The notes beneath the pieces are model-generated. The model saw only the letters and a list, made by a program, of their open reading frames with translations. It was not told the DNA's origin and searched no databases. Made by a program: the position numbers and the translations under genes. DNA of 63,221 nucleotides, the filler included, from Craspedostauros australis (Eukaryota): NCBI GenBank assembly GCA_030167865.1. It is 10 parts of 10 records of this genome, joined end to end, with 100 filler letters (N's around TTAATTAATTAA, not from the genome) between each part and the next. Parts side by side here need not be neighbours in the genome. Positions count along the whole stretch, not along the records: positions 1 to 5,053 come from JALAGF010006717.1; positions 5,154 to 9,792 come from JALAGF010006718.1; positions 9,893 to 13,150 come from JALAGF010006720.1; 7 more parts are not named here. One strand, written 5' to 3'. Positions 1 to 10,129 of this stretch are shown here, piece after piece; within the stretch, counting starts at the first letter, position 1; the number at the start of each line of letters is the position of its first letter.

Positions 1-1555
1 TGTCATGGTTCAGTTCGATGTTGCAGCTGAGGTAGTCTCCGAGTCCACGCTCGATTGTCACCTTGAATTTGCTGCCTTGGATGTACTTCAGGAATGTCTC
101 CAATGCCTTGGAGTCTCTGCAGCAGAAGCAATCGTTCACGTAGATGGCCACGATCATACTTCCTTCGTTCGTCTTCCTGTAGAACAGACACGGGTCTGCC
201 GCGCTCTGTTCGAAGTTGATATTCTTGAGGGTCGATACCAACATCTTGAACCATTGTCTGGCGCTCTGCACAAGTCCGTAGATTGGCTTGTGTAGGGTCA
301 GGGCTTCGTCTGGTTGATGATCCATCCCATTGGGACAGTTCATGTAGATCTCCTCGTCGAGGTCTCCATGTAGGAATGCCGGTACGACATCGACGAGTGC
401 GCAGTCCATCTTCTTGATCAGCATGATCACCATCATGACCCAATAGGTCACGTCATGGATGACGGGTGAGTAATGCTCTTGGAAGTCCACTCCTGCGACT
501 TGTGAATAGCCACATGCAACGAGCCGCGCTCGATGTGTGCCGTCGCGTTTCAGCTTGAAGACCCATTTGCACTTGCAGCATCTGCGGCCGCGTGGTATGG
601 CGTCTCGTTTGATCTTGCTGTACACCTTTCGTGTATCCATGGAGTCGAACTCCTTCTTGATGGCTGCTCGATATCCCTTTCGATGGATGGGATCTGGATG
701 ATTGAAGGCTCCATCAAATGTCGTTGGTTCGATGTGCTTCTCTGGTTTCTTGTTCTCGTCCTGCATCGACAGTCCGATGTCGATCGCTGGTGACTCAGTG
801 ATGATTGCGTTCATCCCGTATAGTCCTGTTGTGCTGTGATGAGTGATTTCGATCTCTTCTTCTCCGTCTACAATTTCTTCATCATCTGTAGTCTCATTGT
901 TGGATTCGTCGGATATCTCGTCGCTGAGTTCGTCACTCTCTTCGTTGGATGATGACTTGCTCTCATAGCCTTCCTCCTTTCGACCTCGTTCATTGAAGTC
1001 TGCGAGCTCACGCAGAGCTCTGGAAATACTCTTCCCTGTAGTTGGTTTGGGATTAGCTTCTCCCTTCCTGCCTCGTGCTTCATGACGTCGGATTCTCTCC
1101 TTTCTAGCTATGTCACGCTTGCTTGGTTTGCTTGGTGGAGGTCTCGATGGTGTGTCATGTGTAGACCTCGCTGGTGTGTTCGGAGGAGTGACGCCTGTAT
1201 CATCGTCGGCTTTGTCGCCAGATGGTGTGATCTCGTCATCCTCATGATTGGATTCTCTCCGATCTTCCTCGTCGTTATGGATTAGTTGAGTCACTACTCC
1301 ATCGTCCTCATCATCCTCATCATTGCTGTCCGATAGGATGTGATATTTGTTCGTGTCCGCGAAAGATACTCTCTTTGCTTCTGATGTTTGACGCATTGCC
1401 GTCTTTGGCATTGCTCCCTTCCGTCCAATGGTTGTGAAGCCGTCTGCGTCTGTCGTTCCTACTTTGCTGGATATGTTCGGTGCTGGTGCCCAGCCACGGA
1501 ACTGTCCATATGATTGGTTGAGCCACTTGATGTCGCGAGAGCAGACCAGTGACTT
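1..1555 (-). pseudogene. Degenerate Ty1/copia pol fragment (integrase-RT linker and RT N-terminus), copia family B
   Basis: Minus strand gives KCKWVFKLK, RARLVACGYSQVAGVDF, AFLHGD and YGLVQSARQW, with frameshifts. 1300-1555 is the reverse complement of 48374-48620. Homology stops abruptly at 1555. Confidence 0.9.
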
Positions 1556-1646
1556 TATCAGCACAAATACATATAGTGCAAATTACGTTACTCCCGTAGC
1601 CCCCACTATCTATAAATTTCACTTGTGTTCGGATCAGCAATCGCAA

Positions 1647-1715
1647 TGCCTGTAGCTCAACGGTAGAGCACCAGTAATTCTCACTGAGGTTCCGGGTTCG
1701 AATCCCGGCATGGTA
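1647..1715 (+). ncRNA. tRNA-like sequence / Pol III type-2 promoter cassette (pseudo-tRNA, nominal anticodon TTC)
   Basis: A box TAGCTCAACGGTAGAGC with D stem GCTC/GAGC. Anticodon arm CAGT-AATTCTC-ACTG. T arm CCGGG-TTCGAAT-CCCGG (perfect B box). Acceptor TGCC-TG/CATGGTA with a 1-nt bulge. TTTT at 1722-1725. The anticodon loop lacks the canonical Y32-U33. Confidence 0.8.
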
Positions 1716-2272
1716 CTTTGCTTTTGCTCTCCCCTCGTGATTTTTCGATCGTGCTCTTTCAGATTAACAGTCGCACTCGCTCCACACCTGTGTTGATCGA
1801 GTGAATATCCACTTCATCTGCTTCAAGCATCCTCAGCTACCCCACGTGACGACGTGACACTCTCTGCCCAGTCCTCTGTGCAGACACACTCTTCTGTTCG
1901 GATCCCACCGTTCAGCTCCCACCGTTCAGCTCCACTCGGCTTCGGCCCTCGCGCGCTCACCACACTCCAGACATCACAGTCCAAGTGTGTACACTCTCTC
2001 TTNNNNNNNNNNNNNNNNNNNNNNNNNNNNNNNNNNNNNNNNNNNNNNNNNNNNNNNNNNNNNNNNNNNNNNNNNNNNNNNNNNNNNNNNNNNNNNNNNN
2101 NNNNNNNNNNNNNNNNNNNNNNNNNNNNNNNNNNNNNNNNNNNNNNNNNNNNNNNNNNNNNNNNNNNNNNNNAAACACTCCGCCAACTACAACAAAACAA
2201 ACACAAAACAAACAATCTACATCACATCACATCAACCATCACCCAACACCCATCACCGAACGCTTTTCTACC

Positions 2273-5053
2273 ATGGCTACCAACACCAACGTCACCGACA
2301 TCAACGAGTACACCATACTCAACCACGTCTTGTCTACCATCGGCATTCAGGCCCATTCTTGGCAACGTCGCGCTCTCAACGAGGCCGGNNNNNNNNNNNN
2401 NNNNNNNNNNNNNNNNNNNNNNNNNNNNNNNNNNNNNNNNNNNNNNNNNNNNNNNNNNNNNNNNNNNNNNNNNNNNCCCATGAATGTGCTTGTTGTCAAC
2501 AAGATCCTCGCATTGGTACGCTGGATCAATCTCCAACCCCGATTGACTCCCGATGAATGGATGAGTGTCGACATGTACGACATCTCGCATCCATCCGTCA
2601 TCGGGACCGCGGGTCCCCGGACCCCGGCCAGCTACCATTCCTGAGGAGGTGTCGGCATCATTCCTCCCAGTACTCGCACTTGCCGTACTGTGGACGATGA
2701 TGAGGATATCGAATCTGTGTCCCCGCCTGACCGGGCCAGATTTGCTACTCCAGTGACCAACCCTTCGGCACGCGTTGCAACAGCGGAAACTCCAATCGCT
2801 GCTGCTCCTGTGCCAAGTGTTGCATTCTCTCCGTCGAGCGCTCTCCCAGAGTCGTTCACCAAGGAGTTCAGCCGTGGTGTTAAGCGTGAGGCCCTCGCAT
2901 TCCCCACCCTGAAGGACAACAAGCATTTCCTTTCATTCCGGCGCCAATTCGAAGCGATTGCGTATACTCATGGACTTGAGTATCACATCGATCCTTCGTG
3001 GGAGCCGGGTCCATCGGACATGTTGTTCTACAACATGCAGAACAGGTACTTGTACTCTGTTCTGAGCCTTCATGTCAAGACTTTGCGTGGCGACCAACTC
3101 CTTCGCAAGCATCAAGCGAGCAAGGACGGTCGCGCTGTCTATCAAAGTCTCATTGAGATTTACACCAATGGTGTCAACGGTGAGAGCGCGGCAATGGCAC
3201 TTCATGCTCGCATCGCCTCCTTCACCTTGGATAACAGCTGGAAGAAGAACCGTGAGAACTTCGTGGACACCTGGCAGGGAATCATCTCCGATATCGAAGA
3301 TATGGAAGATGACGCCTTGCCGGACAACACGAAGAAGACATGGCTGCATAACTCGATTGCTCCGGACAAGGATCTTCTGAATGCTCTCACGAGCACATCC
3401 TACGTCCGTGACGAGATGCTTGCGGCCATGCCCTCCGGTTTCGAGATCAAGGCAGCTGGATTCGACCATCATCTCAACTCGGTTCGGATCCATGCTCAAC
3501 GCCTCGATTCCTCTCATCCTCGTCAGGTTCAAAAGCGTAATGTCAACAACGCTACGACCGGCAAGGGAAAGGGTGGTTCTTCGGGCAAGTCTCCTGCCAA
3601 AGGCAATGGCAAGACTTACACCAACGACAAGCGTACCCGCATTCCGAATGAGGAATGGGCAACCATGTCTTGGGCCCAGAAGAAGGACTACATGCACAAC
3701 AACCCCTCCTGTAGTGCTGGCAAGGGCGACACCTCGCGTGCCGCTAATAAAGCCAAGTCCTCAGGCAACTCTTCGTCCACCCCGGCGACCAACGCTCCCG
3801 CTTCCTCCGGCGCTGGCAGCAATGCGGATTCAAAGGGCGGTCCTCCGGGATCTGCTATCAACCGCATGCTCGCGCAGGCTCGTCAGTCTGGTCAATCGAC
3901 CGCTGACTTCGTCGATTCTGAGGGCGGGGCGTGGCGACGGGTGAATTCTACCGTGGTCCGATACAACTTCGAGACCTCAGTGGAGACGAAGACGGGTGCG
4001 CTCGTCGACAGTGGCGCCAATGGCGGCCTCGCTGGCGACGACGTGCTAGTTCTGTGCAAGACGGGCACCATGGCGGACGTGAGCGGCATTGGTGATTCCA
4101 CCATTGCGAGCCTGGACATTGGTATGGTCGCGGCCCTGCTTCACACGAGCAGTGGCCCGATCATCGCCAAGTTCCACCAGTACGCTCTATACGGGAAGGG
4201 CAAGTCCATCCACTCTACCAACCAGCTCTCCGCGTTCGGTATGGATGTGAATGAACGCCCACGTGGACTCCCTGGTGGTCGGCAAACTGTCGTCACACCT
4301 GAGGGGCACGTCATCCCTCTGTCCATTCGTGCTGGCTTGTCCTACATGGACATGCGCCCGCCGACCCCTGCTGAGATGGATCGGTACCCTCATGTGGACT
4401 TCACGTCCGATGATGTCTGGGACCCTTCCATCCTCGATCAGGAGTTTGGTCTTGATGATGTCCGTGCTCTTGCGGACGATGATGATGATGGTTCCGCGCT
4501 CGCCAACCTCGATCGCCTGCATGTATATGCGGCATCGACGGATGAGGCGCGCGGCAACGTACCGCATTCCGGGTCCGCTGGCAACTCCGGTTCCGTTCGT
4601 GTTCGCAGCTCGCCCATCGACTATGAGGCGCTGCGCCCGCACTTCGGCTGGATCCCTGCTCGTCGGATCAAGGACACTCTCGGCTGCACTTCCCAGTGGT
4701 ACCGCACTTTGGAGCGATTCGCGATGCGCAAGCATTTCCGCACTCGTTTTCCGGCGGCCAACGTCGATTGTCTTCATGAGACAGTCGCGATGGACACTTT
4801 CTTCTCTGATACACCCGCTCATGATGACGGTGTCCCTGGCCATGGTGGCTGCACCATGATCCAGGTGTTCGTTGCGCTCGACTCTCGGTACACATCGGGA
4901 TTCCCGATGGCGTCCGAGTGGCAGGTCGCGGACTCCTTGCTCGACTTCATTCGTCGGCATGGAGCGCCCGACCTACTAATGTCGGACAACGCGAAATCAG
5001 AGGTGGGATTCAAAGTGCAAGACATCCTGCGTCAATACGCAATCAAGGATCAC
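2273..5053 (+). CDS. Copia (CoDi-like) gag-protease-integrase polyprotein, one in-frame TGA at 2642-2644, 3' truncated
   Basis: ATG at 2273 (MATNTNV) is in the same frame as ORF 2690..5101. Gag core (FLSFRRQFEAIAYTHGL...DGRAVYQSL), protease LVDSGANGG, integrase ETVAMDTFF...LMSDNAKSE. Confidence 0.85.
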
Positions 5054-5097
5054 NNNNNNNNNNNNNNNNNNNNNNNNNNNNNNNNNNNNNNNNNNNN

Positions 5098-5109
5098 TTA
5101 ATTAATTAA
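5098..5109. other. Artificial contig linker TTAATTAATTAA flanked by N runs (also 9837-9848, 13195-13206, 33946-33957, 37390-37401, 40763-40774, 44664-44675, 48829-48840, 55983-55994)
   Basis: Identical 12-mer with stops in all six frames, always embedded in N blocks of the same length. Confidence 0.97.
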
Positions 5110-5923
5110 NNNNNNNNNNNNNNNNNNNNNNNNNNNNNNNNNNNNNNNNNNNNGAAGCGTGTGTTTGCCAATCCGTTTCGAAAGTGTGCATTTGGGACGC
5201 TTGTCGTGTGATGAAAATGAAGTCCACTGTATTTACGACCCCATTCAGGATACGATAGTACATTCTTGCCGATTTTTAATTTGAGGACCGATATAATCCT
5301 ATTATGTTGTGGAGGGTATATGGGTGAAATATTAGACGCCTGGACCTTATAGTTAAAAAGTTTATATTTTTCGCATTAATCTACGACTACAAACGAAAGG
5401 CATGCGGACGCAGAAGGGCAAATTGTGTTGGGAATCACCAGTCGTGCTTCAGCTTGCTGTCCAGTCGTGCCCTTGATTGACAGACTCACATTTCGCATGG
5501 GCAAGGCGGTTGGGTGCGAAGAGATGTTGAGGATTGCACGGTAGCAGTAGGCATGGTGATGATGATGCTTCGTCTGGAATGTGGATCAGTTGTCAAAATT
5601 CAGAGTTGTGGGTTGGTGGGTAATCCAGATCTTCACCCCCGCCTTGACTTTCACACTGCCTTGTTCTCGGTTCTGCTGCCGTTCATGCCCTGGGACATTG
5701 AGCTTCGTCCATGTCTCAATCAGCACACACTGCCTTCCCTCCATATGCACACTCTATCCCTTCATGACCCAGAGATAATTACACTATTATATTGTATATC
5801 TCGACACCGTGTTAATTTTTGAACGCGTTTGTCCTACCACGGCCTACGTGAAAACTAAATCGGTACCATCGTGTACTAGTGCTATTGTCAAGAACCACTG
5901 AATTTTTGTTTTACCATACTTCA

Positions 5924-7073
5924 TCACCTTCCATGGTATATACCCCAATGGTCTTTACAAATATGGACTCTACACAAGCTGTAGATCCGTTTAACCCTCT
6001 TGGGAGTGTTTTCTTCTAGGCCTGTATTTTTTGTGGCCTTCAAGTAGCAGCAATATTGGCAAAGTCGTTGCTTTCCATCTTCGTCGATTATCTGTCTGTG
6101 GTCTTTATCCCTTAATGGACCAGCCATAAAGGATCTGTCAGATCCATTATAAAGCCTCCGTGTTAAATTTCTACGGCTTTTTCCTACCATGTCCTACGTA
6201 TGAAAACTAGTTCTGTACCTGTATCTAAACTGGATTTTAGACTGTAATGGTCAGCTCACTTTCGTCAGAGTTGATTGTACTCTCATCATCCTTCCCATGA
6301 AATACATTCCAGTGCAGCTTACAGACATGGATTCCACACACACTGCACATCCTTCTGACTCTGCTTGGTTCATGTGCTGGCCTCCCTTCGAGCTTTGCTT
6401 TTGCTTTAAGATAAGAACAGTATCTACAAGTCCTCTGGCTTCCGTCCCTGCTGATGATCTCCTTGTGATCTTCGAATCTCCCCTCCAACCTCGATCTGGG
6501 CAGCTTTGGAGAGCAGGGGCTCATCCGATTCCTTGTTCGAATGGTGTGTGGGACTCTCTGGTGGCTTGCCCTTGTTGCCATCAAATCTGTTTCATTCCCT
6601 TTGCGGACCAGAGTCTCAATCATCTTGATCATGAATGCCTTGCTCCCCAATCAATCTTGCTCTCTTGCCAGGTGATTGAATGCAATCCAAGTATTGACGC
6701 ACATGATGTCCAACAAGTGGAACATGAGGGGCATCCATACTCTCCAAGCCCTCAAGTCAGGGCAATAATATGCAATGAGTTGGTTGCATTTGTCAACTTC
6801 AAGCATCCACTGATTGTAGTCATCAATCATCTTCTGAATTTGGATGTGTGCAAAGTACTTGCTCCCCCAGACCATCTCCAAGTGCCCTGCATTCACCTTG
6901 TTCTTTCTTGGCTTGTGGCAATTGCAAAGGACCGACTCGTTCCCATGGTGCACCACACTTACCATCAACACCACATTGTTGTCAATCCACCTGGCCACCA
7001 TGTACTGATTGTTCTCAATCCAGACATAGAGCGAGTTGAAGCGCATGCCCTCAACCTCCTTCACCTCTATGCT
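5924..7073 (-). pseudogene. piggyBac-like transposase C-terminal remnant with two tandem Cys-rich (CRD) modules
   Basis: WIDNNVVLMVS...IDDYNQWM-EVDKCNQLIAYY...WMPLMFHLLDIMCVNTWI matches the DDE_Tnp_1_7 C-terminal pattern. CRD1 is CRYC...CSVC-IHVC-LHWNVFH; CRD2 is CQYC...SLCRVHICKDHWGIYH. In-frame TGA at 6651-6653. Confidence 0.8.
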
Positions 7074-7365
7074 TGTCGAGATGTACATGTGAGTATATGT
7101 CGAGATGTACGTGTATATGTGCATCATTCACCTGTTATTCTCTTATGCATGTTCGGACGGTAAAACTACATTCGTGTCAATAGAATGCTGTGATTTGTCA
7201 GAATCACAGTGGAAATGGAACACACAAAAATGAGCAGACTTTCTGGAGGAAATTTGCAATCAACAGTTTCTGAGAGAATCAGGAACATCGTCTGTCCATC
7301 CATCAATGGAAACGTATGGTACCAAGAGAATCTCAAGGTACTTCCCAACTAAACCTCAGATGACA
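7074..7365 (+). mobile_element. LTR family A, solo LTR (~292 bp)
   Basis: Starts TGTCGAGA, ends TGACA and interrupts the piggyBac relic. An inverted homolog lies at 9893-10129. Confidence 0.7.
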
Positions 7366-7369
7366 ATAT

Positions 7370-8012
7370 CATCTGACAGACTGCTGCATCACCAATGGAN
7401 NNNNNNNNNNNNNNNNNNNNNNNNNNNNNNNNNNNNNNNNNNNNNNNNNGAACATGACATCTGGAGAGCAGAAGGACGCCTACTGACGTCAACAGGATGT
7501 CATCATGTCACCACGTCGACATCTGTCTCCAAGCCAGAGCAGGAGGCAAAGATCCGATGACCGAAGGGCATCAGGATCATGGATACAGGAGATGAACTTC
7601 AAATGGTAAGTACTCATGGAGTAGGAGCCAGTACTGAATGAACGGAGTGTTGAATGCGGAATACGCATCGAGCACGGAGTATCGTGTAGCACGAAGCACA
7701 CGATGCTGAGACAAAGAAAGAGAGAGAATACAGAGAGGAGCGAGAGAGCATCTCGCGTACCAACTCATAGTCGGAGACCAAATCTACGAAACAGATTGAA
7801 GAGCCAAGAGCATCAGGGAAGAGAACAGGCGTACACCGAGAGGATTGGAGTAGCCAAGTAATGAAATAGCAAACGAACGACTATCAACCAATACCACCCT
7901 CCACGATCGTAGGTTACCAATCACGGAACTTGCCAACACACGATCGTAGGCTTCCGTGAGCGGAACTTGCCAACACACGATTGTAGGCTTCCGTGAGCGG
8001 AACTTGCCAACA
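7370..8012 (+). mobile_element. LTR family B fragment with triplicated 37-bp terminus
   Basis: Homologous to 48885-49257 and to the reverse complement of 52343-52855. Ends GGAACTTGCCAACA three times. Confidence 0.85.
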
Positions 8013-9892
8013 TACCGCAACACCAGCGGATACCACAGTATCCACCACATGTGACATCACATCAAGGCCTTACCTACCAGGTCTACAGGAGTGAAATATG
8101 TTTAAACAATCCATCAGATTCAATCAATCATCAGATTCAACAAAACCCAAGAACGGAACAACGACGAGACAACGAGAGAGAAACGACAATGTTGACGATC
8201 AAGTCAACATCAACGAGCAACAGGAGAGCAATGTGCATGGAGGTGCAAGAGGATTGCACCAAGCAATGAGAGCAAGGAAGAGATGGATCAAGAGAGCATC
8301 TTGATCATCTCATTCCCCACGCTCGCTCATCAACAATCAATAGCAACATCAATAACAGTAACAGAAACACTTTTGACAAAGAGTGGGACTACTACCAATT
8401 CTCCGTGCGCGGAGCCTTCCAACACGTATGGGTGACGGATGTCATATGCAATCATGCTCTCTGCTTGGAATTGTGGAGGATTGGAAGCGGGATTCGATTT
8501 GGGTGTTGCTGTTGCTTCCTTGTGGGGGCTGGAAGATTGAGGGTGCAGTAGTGGCTTGGGTGTGTGTTTTGGAGATAGCACCATGGTAGTATGGGTGCAG
8601 TGATCGTGCGTGTATGATGATTTTTGTGAGTGCGATGAAATTGCGAGCTCCATGATTGTTTGAGTTTGCGGAAGGTGCAATGTCGCAAAGCCAAGACAAA
8701 ATGAAGATGAACATCACAAGTGATGATGTTGCCACACCCATGCATGCTTGAAGGAAGGAGGTGATGAAGACATAAAGGACATGAGAGGAGATGACAACCT
8801 TGGAAGAGGAAAGCAAGGAATTGCTGAAAGCGAAGTACAACAGCAGTTTCAGCGAGTGTGATGTGGAAAAAACGGATTTGACGTTGCCAGCCTCACAGTT
8901 TGAGCCTGGCCGAACAGTTTCACTTCAGTCCCATGGTGCAGAATTAATTCACAAGTACTTCAGGCTTGATTAGCGATAAGATGACAGTATGAAACATAAA
9001 ACTTAAACATATTCATTGGAAAGCTGTGCTCAATAGTTTTCGAAAGATGTAAAGAAAGTGGTATTGTTCACAGATGTTGTTGTCAAAAATGAAAAGAACT
9101 GAAACTGAAAACAAGAAATGATGTATTATATCGTCTAGGTCATGAACAGATAGTACGGCCTCGTCCTCACTTCAGGTCTATTCCCTGCCCACATGTTTGG
9201 ACCTCCTCTCTGCTAGTCGTCACCAACAGCTAGCATTGGCTTCTGTCTGTTGTTCATCTGTTCTCCTCTTTGCTTTTTGTTTCGGTGTCAATAAACCGGC
9301 ACGCACTCAAATCACAACACAAGAAGCAACACGGAAAACAACACTTCCACCACCAGTCTCTTTCTGCGCCATGCCAACAGCTCAGTAGATGACCATGTTG
9401 TCTCATGTCCGTGGCAAGCAAAGCAGGTTTCACAGGACTTTGGTTTCACAAACAATGCTATAACAAGTGTTAAATCAAGTTCTATTTTGCAGACCAAAGG
9501 AGAAGTCACTGTGCTCCATTACACCATATTGTATTATAATATAAAATATTATGTTGTGTAGTATTCGCAAGTGTTGCTATTGTCGTGGACGTGGAAGTGG
9601 ACGTGTAGGGATGCCACCACCATCGCCGTGCTCCATGACACAACACGAACAAAGGAGGCAACCCCTCGCCAAGCCAAATCCAAAACGACGCGAGGAATCG
9701 ACGCTGCACCGAATCTGCCAAAACATCGCCATCCACACCGTTCGATACCATTGCAGTCTGACATCGACCGTCAATGACGTCATCATTTTCGTNNNNNNNN
9801 NNNNNNNNNNNNNNNNNNNNNNNNNNNNNNNNNNNNTTAATTAATTAANNNNNNNNNNNNNNNNNNNNNNNNNNNNNNNNNNNNNNNNNNNN

Positions 9893-10129
9893 TACCATTG
9901 ATGCATGGACGGACGATTTTCTGATTCTTCCAGAAATCGTTATTTGCAAATTTCCTCCAGAAATCTTGCCCCTTTTTGTGTGTTCCATTTCCCCTGTAAT
10001 TCTGACNAATCACAGNATACTATNGACACGAGTATAGTTATACCGTCCAAGTGCGTATGAGAGAATAGCGGGTGAACGATGCACATATACACGTACATCT
10101 TGATATATACTCACATGTACATCTCGACA
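9893..10129 (-). mobile_element. LTR family A, partial, inserted into copia RT
   Basis: Reverse complement of ~7074-7310. TGTCGAGA begins directly after the RT codons for VDPCL. Confidence 0.8.

Larger units (their letters stand above)
1556..5053 (+). mobile_element. CoDi-type Ty1/copia retrotransposon, 5' part (putative LTR ~1556-1769, leader, gag-PR-IN), nested in family-B pol in opposite orientation
   Basis: Sharp junction at 1555/1556, then an AT-rich segment with TATAAAT ending ...ATTAACA at 1769, then gag-pol. Truncated by a gap and linker. The LTR limits are inferred from one copy only. Confidence 0.75.

Noticed and set aside
1647..1715. Functional tRNA-Glu(TTC)
   Set aside because: Bulged acceptor stem, C-A pair at the top of the anticodon stem, no U33 and no purine 37; kept only as tRNA-like.
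5098..5109. Recurrent TTAATTAATTAA as a biological motif (e.g. piggyBac TTAA sites)
   Set aside because: Always inside N runs with stops in six frames: an assembly linker.
7902..8012. CRISPR-like 37-bp repeats
   Set aside because: No spacers, eukaryotic context, and the unit is an LTR terminus.
8050..9790. Short ORFs between LTR-B and the linker
   Set aside because: Fragmented, with no recognisable domain; cannot be assigned.
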